From assembly GCA_964016885.1 (NCBI GenBank), contig OZ024740.1:356810001-356874000 (forward strand): a DNA stretch of 64,000 bases, in the 5' to 3' direction. The notes under the pieces were generated by a model, which was not told the DNA's origin, made no database searches, and was given only the letters and a program-made list of their open reading frames with translations. Source of the DNA: Eledone cirrhosa. Its lineage: Eukaryota. Both the position numbers and the translations under genes were made by a program. Shown here in pieces: positions 1-11,174 of the stretch (positions are counted from its first letter, which is position 1; each line of letters opens with the position of its first letter).

Positions 1-146
1 TCTCTCCGATCATTTCTCTCTCACAGTGTAATATGAAAGTGTTCTCAAATCCTTTATCGTGATGTCTTAGTGGTTTCGCAATTGTCGCTTACATTGCGAA
101 ACTCGTACTGAGACACAGATTATTTTAATATAAACATATGTTTATT

Positions 147-344
<198 letters not shown>

Positions 345-371
345 TTGTTATACTTTGGGAGGGCCATGTTG
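345..371 (-). mobile_element. 27-bp terminus of Penelope-like family A pseudo-LTR
   Basis: TTGTTATACTTTGGGAGGGCCATGTTG directly after (TA)n; near-identical to the element ends at 10784 and 47135. Confidence 0.75.
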
Positions 372-505
372 TAGTGGTGTGGTGTAATGTAGTGTACTAT
401 AGTGTAGTGGTGTGACATAGTGTACTATAGTGTAGTGGTGTGGTGTGATATAGTGTAGTGGTGTAGTGTAGTGGTGTGGTGAGGTATAGTGATGCTATGT
501 AGTGG
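371..505. repeat. GTAGT/GGTGT low-complexity minisatellite
   Basis: Repeated gtagtggtgtggtg / tagtgtactatag units. Confidence 0.85.
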
Positions 506-511
506 TCTTCT

Positions 512-597
512 CCGAGTTTAAATCCCGCTGAGGTTAACTTTGCCTTTCATTCATTCAAGGTCGATAAAAAAGTACCAGTCTAATACTGGGGTCAATG
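512..597 (+). mobile_element. tRNA-derived SINE family 1, 5'-truncated
   Basis: B-box-like gagtttaaatccc followed by the family core gttaactttgcctttcat...gtcgataaaa...gtaccag. Confidence 0.85.
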
Positions 598-1224
598 TTT
601 CCTATATATCTCTTTCTCACTTCCATATATATATATGTGTGATTTGTGTTTGTGTGTTAATCCGTTCCTGTTGTATCTGTAGATACATTTTCAAGCTGTT
701 TACAAGCTGTTTACATTTATTGCTACACATGTTTACGTATAATTATGTGTATGTGTGTGTTTGTGCGTGTATGAGTATGATTTGTATGTGTATGTATCTA
801 TCTGCTCGTCTGTGCGTGGGGAAGAGTGCGTGTGTTTGTATATATCTGTTTGTGTATTATGTGTGTGAATGTATGTATCTATCTGCCTGTTTATATTGGG
901 ATAAGTGTATATATGTCTTCGATTTTTATGTGGGAGGAAAGAAATATCATACCTAGATTGTCATTCATATCTGGTATTCTTTTCATGTCAGTAATTTTTT
1001 GCTGATGCCAGTTCAATCAAGTTCCAGAAATTTATAAAGTAATTCAGAATAAAGGTCATTGATATAAAAGTCAGCTTATTTTTTCTGAACTTTATCACAG
1101 GAAAACATTCATTTTTATTAACCTAACGTGTAAGATGTTTCTGGTATAACATAGGAGTTGGCAAAAATATTTTCTTTTAATATCATAGTTCAAGTTCTTG
1201 ACGCATCCACGGAAGAAAAACCCT

Positions 1225-1590
1225 GGACAGAGAATCAATCTTGTGTCATGGAGTTAGTTGGTATTTTGAGTTAACATCATTCACCCTCATCCAGATGACT
1301 CAACAGGTGTTGATCAATCTTTAGTCTGTGCTCAAATGGCATGTATACTACTGACTCCAGCGGTCAATTCTTTTCGGCCATAACCATCTAGATGCCCTTT
1401 TTGCTGCTTCTACGTTATTCCTGGTGGCTCTCCTCCAGCTTGCACTCGTAATACTCAGATTTTCGTCGAGATCAAGCTGCAAATCCTAGGCGTTGAAAAT
1501 TCTGATCCTCTACCTGACTCTGTGGTATTTCCCCACCAACTCCTTTTAACATAGATTATTCTTCTTTTCTCTCGTGTCGATTTGGCATGC
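1225..1590 (-). mobile_element. Degenerate Hero/NeSL-group (REL endonuclease) LINE 3' end
   Basis: Minus strand translates to ..RHERKEE.. and ..WRRATRNNVEAAKRASRWLWPKRIDRW, resembling the Hero-clade C-terminus (AAE.ASRWLW.KR), followed by a Hero-like 3'UTR. Confidence 0.55.
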
Positions 1591-2283
1591 GGATTTTGAG
1601 ATTGTATTCAATCATATCATATTTAAAAACAGTTACTTGTTTTCGCAATCTCTGGGTGTAGCGTGAAAACGTCCCTGATACTTAAAGAGCGAATGTGTTT
1701 GCATTAGCAATCGAGAGTTCGCACAAAGTTCAGATGCATAATATTACTGATGAATATTTCCTTAGTTTACGATGCTGAAATCAAATCCACTTCAACATAT
1801 TTTTTTCCAGCATGCAAGTAAAGCTGCAAAATCGAAAACAATAACTAGCAACTGCTCACATATCCATGCATGTACGCACCAACACAAACATAGCCCATTA
1901 CATAATATTTACAGAAAACTATACACAAGCACACACTTACAAGGAAGCACACACGTACAAGCACACACATGCATACACACACATACACACCACATACTCG
2001 CATATACACAGACACACACACATGGTGTAGATAAAAATATGTCATAATGTAATCTATTGCATTGTATGTTTACTATGATATATATTTGTATATATTTGTA
2101 TATGCATTACAATATTATATTATTGTTGTAAAGAGTAGATACCAGAAACAGAAGAGTATCTGGAAAAATGCCTTCCTTAATTTAGCTTCGTTCCTTTATG
2201 CTCTGAGTATAAACCTCAATGGCTTTGATTTTTATTCTTTCAGATAAAAATAGTCTTTATGCAACTAAAAAATGCGCATGCTG

Positions 2284-2476
2284 TGGTGGATTGGCAGTAT
2301 CGGTAGAGCGTCGAACAATATGCTTTGCAGCAGAGTTACAGCCCTTTACGGTTTGAGTTCAAATCCCGCCGAGGTTAACTTTGCCTTTCATCCTTACGGG
2401 GTCGATAAAATAAAGTACCAGTAATGCACTTGGATAATTGCTGGGATAATTGCCGGCCAAAAGTAGAAACAATTAT
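2284..2476 (+). mobile_element. tRNA-derived SINE family 1, full length
   Basis: A-box TGGCAGTATCGG, B-box GAGTTCAAATCCC, central GCCTTTCATCCTTACGGGGTCGATAAAATAAAGTACCAG (resembles the Meta/Sauria-type SINE domain), tail AGAAACAATTAT. Confidence 0.92.
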
Positions 2477-2559
2477 AAATAATTGTTATAATTATTCTTA
2501 TAATTATGAGCATGAACTGAAGGTTAAGAAAAGCCGGAAGTATGTTGTAACAAGATTAT

Positions 2560-3135
2560 GAAAGAGAAAAAGACAGAAATAAAACCAAATTCTTAAAAAG
2601 AAAAATAGTTTAAACACGCTGGTCAGAATCAACGATAGTGTGTTGCTTAACAAAGTGTTTGAATTGGAGGAGATAATCCCGCGCAATGTGTGGATTGACA
2701 CGGAAATATAGAAACAGTCATGAACTACCGAATGATGGACTCTTGTTTCTAATTAATAAATGTAGGCGAAAGCATAGAATACTATCCAGAAGATGAACCC
2801 ACCGGTTTCTGTGAACTCTGGGAATTATATAATACATAATGTGCGAGCAGAAATCTGGGATGTTCTGGTTTAATTTACTTAGTGGGATCCCACCCGTATG
2901 TCCTAAGTGAATGTCATGTTGTATATCACACCTTGTTTAAAATACTGTGTCGTTTATGATAACTTCTTATTTATTTCGTATTTTATCAAATGTATTTGTC
3001 TGTAGTATAACGTCCTTGCTCCAGCCTTCGTGTTATATAACTTTGTATATCCAGCCCCACATGCATTGTAACACCTATGTATATGATGTTTATTCTATTT
3101 TATGTGCAAGCCTTTGTGGATAATAACGAAATAAT
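2560..3135 (+). mobile_element. Highly degenerate L1/Tx1-like LINE 3' fragment
   Basis: Remnant C..C..ETV zinc-finger-like codons near 2680-2725; 3' end gcctttgtggataataa resembles the Tx1 element end in this window. Confidence 0.35.
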
Positions 3136-4489
3136 TGTTATAATTGTTCTTATTTATATTGATAGATCCAACCAAAGATGAAACAGAGTTTTAATTGATA
3201 ACGATCGTTTTCTTTTCTAGTAAACGAAGAGTGAGAACAGACATTTCCTACTTCGATAAAGTCTGGTTGTTATGATAGAGATATTGATATGAAAGAGGCC
3301 TACATTTCGGCTTCAAAACATTTAACTTTCAATACAATGTAACGTTTACCAGTTTCAGTTAACGTAGCTTTCTATAAGAATTGTTAATATGGCTGTGTGT
3401 GTATACATACACATACACATTCACACATAAAGCCCACGTGTAAATAGAGACACGCATTCTAAACGTCAACGGAAAAAATATCTTCACACAAACTATCCTC
3501 GCAATTGCCAGAATGAATCTCCTTTTGGAGGGTATTCAGATTCTGAATTAAGGGAAAGATATTCCATATTTGTAGACCATATAGTTGAAATACTCATTGT
3601 TTTGTGCCAACTTAGTGGAAGCAATAGACCTGTTTCGATCAGCTTATATCTCCTCTGTTCTGTATATTTAGTCAGCATATTGGTTCCATTAAATTGATCG
3701 TACATATATAGGAAAGGGAATTTGATTATGAGAAAGTAACCACATAGCAATATGGATGCATGAGCGGTCAAAGATTTGGCACTTGCTTGATTACGTAAAT
3801 ATTTACAAATATGATATCTATGAAATGTTCAATGTCGAATTCAGAGCGTTGCATATATAATTTAGAGTGAGCAGCCTTCTGGGTAGTAATTAAGTTGAGA
3901 GAAAATAGAGAGCCAGTTAGAATGCCTCGGTGATTGAATGTTCACAAGACATACGATCTTGCTGTGATAAATTATATTCAAAGTCGAAACAATGACAAAA
4001 TATGGGCAAGTGATTCTAGAACAATTTTCCTAGCTTGCTGCTGAAACACTGCACTACAACCAGTCAAAATCGTTGGTTTGATGAAAATGATACTGACATC
4101 TAGAAACTTCCGTGTGTAAAGGGCAATTGCTAGTTGAGCAGCAGTACTAAGACCTTATTTATAACAAGAATACACACTCTCAACTACAGCAACCACTAGG
4201 TCACATGCAGAATATCGGTTCCCTAATGACATTCAAGATGACTAGAATGCTAATGACAATAAGGATCTCTATCATCTCATGTATCGTGCATATAGGCTTA
4301 AAAGTACAGTTTCAGCTACCTTGCTTCCAAAGGATGCCTCTACTCTGTTTACGATATTAACAGAGATTGCAAGTCCCTATATTGAACATGTTTCTTATTT
4401 GTTAAACTGTGACTCCTTTGTAGATGACATAGTTGAACAAAGACTTGTCACCAACACTTTATGTAATGCACTATATTTATTTCTGCATC

Positions 4490-5080
4490 TTGAAAGGGAT
4501 CTAGACTCCGTATTAACCTGGAGAAGACCGTGGTAATATTCTAGCCTACCCCAGGTAACATATGTAAAAACGTTTTAATTGAAGGCACTGAATTGAACGT
4601 CGTAGCAGGAGTTGTCTTCCGAGGCGGCACTCTCAAACGCGCTTGCCCCTTGGGTGAGAAAATATCCTTAAGGTTTCAGAAAACAACTGACTAGTTCAGA
4701 AATCTGGTGCATCGCGTCTGTCTCAACATAGAATCGTCAGTTTAACAAAGGTTAGTGTGCATTGTGGTGACATACGGTCCTTCTATTCTTCACTCATGAG
4801 AAATATGAGACCTCTGCAAGTATCATGTAAATGATTATGATCACTTTCATCAGAGAGGCTTAATATATACTCAGAATGTTGGCTCTTATTCACGTTTTGA
4901 GTATTGTGTCTATGTATGGCAATGGTATACATACACCGTTTACCTTGGACAGGAGAACTTGTACAAATGAGTGATCAGAGGATCCCAAAGAGTGTGTTTC
5001 ATCGCAATCTTGTACACAGTAGCGTCCCCAACACAGAACAAGGCTATGGCTTGAGGACTTTGAAATATCTGAAAATAAGC
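4490..5080 (+). mobile_element. Degenerate RTE (BovB-like) LINE RT C-terminal fragment
   Basis: LRINLEKTVVIF*PTPG and RLPWTGELVQMSDQRIPKSVF resemble the RTE consensus (L.INL.KT.V; RLRW.GH..RM.D.RIPK). Confidence 0.65.
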
Positions 5081-5115
5081 GAGAAAGATAAAAGATATGC
5101 TGTTCATAGCAACCA

Positions 5116-5300
5116 GTGGATTGGCAGTATCAGTAGAGGGTCGGACTCCATGCTTTCCAGCATAGTTACGTCCCTTTACGATCTGAGTTCAAATCCCGCC
5201 GAGGTTGACTTTGCCTTTCATCCTTACGGGGTCGATAAAATAAAGTACCAGTAATGCACTGGATAATTGCTGGCCTTGTGCCTAAAGTAGAGACAATTAT
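5116..5300 (+). mobile_element. SINE family 1
   Basis: Same A/B boxes and core as 2284-2476. Confidence 0.92.
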
Positions 5301-5856
5301 AGATTGTGCAGATATGTTTTAAAATGTATGCATCTCCTACGTGGAATTTAGCATATTTTGTGAAATGAATGAGATAACCTTGGTCTGCGTGATTTTGCAA
5401 GTCTGATCTGCTTAATTGAATTCCTAAGGTAAGAGAAAACGACGATATATATTATAATGTACTATTCATATGAGAACGTCGGTTAATCGATAGATTAGTT
5501 CTATATTTCAGAATGCATTTCTGCATACTGTTTTGTTTATAAGACCTGCCAAATGATATGTAGGAGTTTGGTGGTGGACTACAGGAGTCACTGTCAAAAA
5601 CACAATTTTTGTTTAATAATCAGTGAGGGTCTTCCTCAGCTAAGAAGATGAAACTTTTAATAGGAGGATTAATTTTCTAGATTGTAATAGGCATTATAAC
5701 TTTTTCTGATATTCTTGATAATAAAGAATGCATATTGACTATAGAAAATAATTGCGTTTGTAATAAAGAAGGAAGGAGAGTGCAGATTGAAAGCGAGAGA
5801 ATGTGTATGTGTGTATGTGTTTAAGAGAAGGAGGTGGAAATAAAAATTTACAACTA

Positions 5857-5944
<88 letters not shown>

Positions 5945-5956
5945 ATATATATATAT

Positions 5957-6125
5957 TAAAAATAGAATAGCTTTCACCGTATTTTTGATTAAAGAAATTT
6001 TAGCCTGATAATGGGGTTCTAAACCCCATAATCAGGCTAAAATTTCTTTAGTCAAAAATACGGTGAAAGCTATTCTATTTCTCATTTCAAACTTGCTCAC
6101 TGTTTAAAAACATACTTACTTGTCA
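5957..6125 (+). mobile_element. Minimal PLE-type fold-back (~120-bp hairpin + tail) in (TA)n
   Basis: Near-perfect palindrome 5959-6080 centred on GGGGTTCTAAACCCC; right arm has GAAAGCTA (hammerhead 3' half); unique ~45-bp tail; (TA)n on both sides. Confidence 0.65.
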
Positions 6126-6190
6126 TATATATATATATATATACGATATTAAACAAATGGAAACTATATTTATAAAACCATATTTATTTC

Positions 6191-6246
6191 GTTTTATATA
6201 TTTCTGGGATATCATATTAAAAATATGGTATGCCTTCCTCAGACAA
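6191..6246 (-). ncRNA. Minimal type I hammerhead ribozyme motif (PLE-type)
   Basis: Minus strand CTGAGGA-[AGGCATACCATATT ttt AATATGATATCCCA]-GAAATATATA; palindromic stem III; lies in a (TA)n-flanked unit 6142-6370 with 18-bp inverted ends. Confidence 0.55.
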
Positions 6247-6387
6247 AATACAATACAATTAAGCATTTGTTTAATATCGTAAACCTACTCCAGAAACTGT
6301 TGAGTGCTTTTATATCAGTTATAAAATATTTACTCGTTGTAACCCAACAATTTTAAATATAACTTTTGCATATATATATATATATAT

Positions 6388-8445
6388 ATTTATTAAAATA
6401 ACAGATTAAAGTTTAAGCAAAGAATCGCTGCTTTCACCCTTAACGGGATCTTCTGAAACTAATAAAGTCAATCTGTAAACGCAGAAGTGGATATTTCAAA
6501 AAACGTTGCAACCGGAGCAAGGCAGGAAGACAATACTTTGGTTCGTGGAAACGTTCCCTGGCAAAGAACGGGAAAAAACGAAAATAATACGTCATTAATA
6601 GGAGCGGTGAAAAACAATTACGCGCAAAGACAGAACCACGTTTATGGTATAAAAGAGGTCGTAGACTAATGTTCTCTTAGGTGGTTCATAGAGACGTTCT
6701 CTGGCAATGAACGAAAAAAACGAAGATAATACGTCATATGTGGAGCGTGGAGAACAATTGCACGCAACACCACGTAAATGGTATAGCAGAAGTCGTAGAC
6801 TAAAATTTTAACTAGGAGACCGAATGAATCTCCGCTTATGAGTTAAGAACAAAGTAACAGCTTCAAATTTAGCTAAACTACCTAGCCGTAGGAACACGTG
6901 CAACCCTGTAGTTAGTACTAACTGTAATTGTAGGAATCGGGTTGATTGCCCCCTATCCGGGAAATGCCTCTCTAGTAACATTGTCTACAAATGTAAGGTT
7001 GAAACACCCACGTCCCGTAGGGCCTACATAGGGTTAACCGCCAGTAGATTCAAGCAGCGTCTTTACATGCATACCCATTCTTTTCGTTACCCTCTAAGAA
7101 GGAATATGACGTCACTTTCACCTTATATCTGGAGTCTAAAAGACAACCACACCCAATATAAGTTACACTGGGAGATCCTAGCTAGGGCTAGATCGTATAA
7201 CGGAAATAAAAGACCATGTGACCTCTGCGCCGCTGAGGCCCTGGAAATACTCTACGCCACAGACCACATCTTAAACAAAAAATCTGAGGCAATTTCGGCT
7301 TGTAAACATAAATTGCACAAAACTTTCCTGTATTACAGCCCACGTTAAACTCTAACGGATAGTACGATCTATACGTGGATATTTTACGTCTTGATGTGGT
7401 AGCTAAGTATATGTTTTGTTTATACCATTACTTATTTGCATAGGTAAGTATGTATTACCTGTATGTTTTGTGAAGGTACGTATACCTTCTCGTGCGTATA
7501 TTTGATTGTATATGTTATGGCGTATAATTTATATATTCTGGTACTTACGGTTTGGTTATGTGTATACGGGAGTTTTGCGTCTGTGTGTGTATACAGGTTC
7601 GTACGTATGTAGGATGTGTGTATATGTGTACTTCATGTTTTGGTTGACTTACGTCTCCGAACATTTGTGTATTTACATGTAGGTGTGTGTGTGAGCTTGT
7701 TATATACGTATTTATTTATTTATATACGTTTATTTAATTATTTATTTATTCGTATACACGCATACACACACACACACACATATTTATATGTGCGTGTTTT
7801 TGTATACCTATGGTAAGTGTTTTCGCGTATGCTCGTGTATGTACGTTTTTGTATGCGTGTATGTATTTACTTCTGTATTGTATTTATTTACTTTGTTCTT
7901 AACTCTGAAGCGGAGATTCATTCGGTCTCCTAGTTAGAATTTTAGTCTACGACTTCTGCTATACCGTTTACGTGGTTTTACGTGCAATTGTTCTCCACGG
8001 GCCACATATGACGTATTATCTTCGTTTTTTTCCGTTCATTGCCAGAGAACGTCTCTATGAACCACCTAAGAGAACATTAGTCTACGAGCTTTTTTATACC
8101 ATAAACATGGTTCTGTCTTTGCGCGTAATTGTTTTTCACCGCTCCTATTAATGACGTAATATTTTCGTTTTTTCCCGTTTTTGCCACGGAACGTTTCCAC
8201 AAACCAAAGTATCGTCTTCCTGCCTTGCTCCGGTTGCAACGTTTTTTTAAATATCAACTTCTGCGTTTACAGATTGACTTTGTTAGTTTCAGAAGATCCC
8301 GTTAAGGGTGAAAGCAGCGATTCTTTGCTTAAACTTTAATCTGTTATTTTAATAAATATTTGCTCTACGGTTCTTATATATTTGATATATATTTATCCTT
8401 ATCGAGCCCTCTTTGGATTTTAGTCTTCAAATTTATTATTATTAC
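6388..8445 (+). mobile_element. Penelope-like element family B (Naiad-type GIY-YIG), 5'-truncated, with inverted pseudo-LTR
   Basis: 6388-6858 is the reverse complement of ~7888-8359; tail 8360-8445; flanked by (TA)n. Confidence 0.9.
6857..7348 (+). pseudogene. PLE GIY-YIG endonuclease C-terminal domain (open frame, no N-terminus)
   Basis: CNCRNRVDCPLSGKCL..IVYKCKV..YIGLT..FKQR..H..SFR..TSLSPYIWSLK..WEIL..CDLC..E..LNKKSE..CKH matches the Naiad-type PLE endonuclease pattern. Confidence 0.88.
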
Positions 8446-8700
<255 letters not shown>

Positions 8701-9875
8701 GAAAGAAAATTACTTTTATAATGACGTATTTTTACATTTAAGAACAAAAATTGGTTTTGTAAATTAATAATCTTACATATTAGAAGTCCGAATAGTCATT
8801 ATTTATATAAAATAGATAGAAAACTAATTTAATACTTATATAATATCCATATTCAATTCACTTCATTCCACTTCTATAAGCATCTTACATACAAGTACAA
8901 TCTTCTTTAAAACGTTTCTCTGATAATATGTTTGCAAGTATGTTTGTATAAAGATGTTTGTCTGCTTAGATAGTGAAGTCGTTCATAAACAACCAATAAT
9001 GAACTCTAGAGTTTTTCACTACATTTCGAATATTTCGTCTGTATATAGAAGTTAAAAATTTGGAATAAAGGAAATGGATTACACGACTATTTATACGCGT
9101 ATATATAACTTATACATATACTTCATTTATTCGTATAATTTTGTTTAACTATATATACATGTCCATCTGCATGAGGGATTGTGTGCAAGTATGGATCTAA
9201 TTCCACATGTGAAGATATATATGGTATTGTATGGAAGTTGGTATAAATAAAATGGATTACACAACTATATTCTTTTCTAACTATATTTTTGGGGGCTACG
9301 TAAAATTTACATTTTTAAGGTTACGATTTATAGTTAGTGTGTTAAAGTTAAGAGTTTAAGCTCAGTGGTTAAGGATTGAGTCCGAGATTAGGGGTTAGGA
9401 AAAGGTGTTGAAAATAGTGCTTATTATCAAGGGCGAGGGTTAAAAGTTACAAACAAATAGATACATATGGGTTGAATAAATCATTTTAAAAAATTAAAAT
9501 TTACCATATTTAAAACATATTTCCGGAAATAACCAATTTTCTGGAGAAATTCCAAAAAAATAAATATAAAATAAGCAAGCGAGAATGATTGCACAATTGA
9601 GGATGTATTTTCTCTATTTAGTAGCAAGATTTTTATTTTAAGCGGCATTCGAAAACAATCTGCAGCATTGCTTAAAGAAAGTAATCTGGTAACACTGCAG
9701 ATGTCAACAAAATTATGTAAGTATTTATCAAATTGACATCACTATTTCCTTTCTGCCATTTCATGTTTCTGTATTGGAAAACTATATCATATCTTGAGGC
9801 AGTTACAACGATATTAATGCACGCGTGCACAGCAGAGTACAACAGTTAGCAAATGAGTATATATACATATATGTA

Positions 9876-10547
9876 TCATCATCATCATCATCATCATCAC
9901 CGTTTTACGTCCGTTCTTCCATGCTAGCATGGGTTAGACGGGTTGTCCTGTTGTGGGAAGTGTCTGGTTGGCTGACCATGCCTTGCTCATACAGGAACTG
10001 ATTTTGGCTTGATTTCTACAGCTGGATGCCCTTCCTAACACCAACCTCATTTACAGTGAGTGCTGGGTGCTTTTTTCCGTGGCGCCTACACGTCCACTTT
10101 ACAGTGTGGGCTGAGTGCCTTTTTGCCCGTGGCACACCACGACCACTTTGCAGTGGGAGGATGTGGGGGCATATTGTCTATATGCTTCAGCTTGTATCCA
10201 TGGGAGGTCGGGTACTCTGTATTACTGCGTGACGCCAGAGGTCACGGTCGTAGGTCATCGCCTTTGAGAGGTGTAATTGGGTAAGGTCGGCTTTCATCAC
10301 CTCATCCCAGGTCTTCTTGGGTCTCCCCACTCCGCAGTTTCCATTGACTCTGCACCTTTTTATGCAGCTGTCATCCTTCATACGCATCACATGTCCATAC
10401 CAACGCAACCGCCTCTCCTGCACACAGCATTTGATTATTCCTCTTATGCTCAGTCTCTCTTTCAATTCATTTATGCTTTGCCGTTCGCGTATATTACTAT
10501 TACACATCCATCGGAGCATGCGGGCTTCGTTTCTTTCTAATCTACGT
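9876..10547 (-). mobile_element. RTE/RTE-X LINE 3' fragment with (GAT)n tail
   Basis: ORF 10187-10519 MLRWMC..RRLRWYGHVMRM..GRPKKTWDEV..DRDLWR; tandem CAT at 9876-9900. Confidence 0.9.
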
Positions 10548-10712
10548 TAGTATATATATATATATATATATACATGTGTGTGGGGGGGCGTGTGTGTGTG
10601 TGTGTGTATTTGTGTCAGTGCACGTGCTTATATATACTTTATACATTTGCTCCATTTTTGCTTATATTTTTGTTTTGCACAAATAGAAGTATACTCGGTA
10701 TACACGCAACGC

Positions 10713-10788
<76 letters not shown>

Positions 10789-10942
10789 ATACTTTGGGAG
10801 GGTCATGTAGCCAATAAGAAACACACGCACCAGTTGCTTTCACTTCAATTTATTATAATAAATTTATAAATTTAGGAATTTATAAATTTATAAATTTCTG
10901 GTTGGTTGGTTGGTTCCACAACCAGATAGTTGTTTATATATT

Positions 10943-10985
10943 GTCAAATTTCTTTCGTTACACATTCTGTGACCTCATCAGTGAC
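10943..10985 (-). ncRNA. Minimal hammerhead motif in family A pseudo-LTR (left copy)
   Basis: Reverse complement of GTCA CTGATGA GGTCACAGAATGTGTAAC GAAAGAAATT TGAC. Confidence 0.65.
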
Positions 10986-11174
10986 TGGGGATTCTTTTCT
11001 TTGTTTTTGTGCCTCTCCTTTGTTCTGTCCTACGCCATTTTGTTTCTGTGTGTGTGTTGTGTGTTCAGTCTGCGCATGCGCCACATCCGGGTGTCTGTGT
11101 GTGTTTATATTTGTTTATTTACATGTTACAGGTTGGTTGTTTGTTCTATGTGTGTGTGTGTTTTCCTTTTGTCC

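Noticed and set aside
2284-2372. tRNA gene
   Set aside because: A/B boxes belong to a multicopy SINE head with no proper cloverleaf.
3493-3771. 92-aa ORF as a host exon
   Set aside because: No recognisable domain or convincing splice sites.
7940-8210. Possible SECIS elements in the Naiad-type 3'UTR (ATGACG motifs)
   Set aside because: No apical AA motif or GA quartet partner is evident, and there is no in-frame TGA in the visible endonuclease frame.
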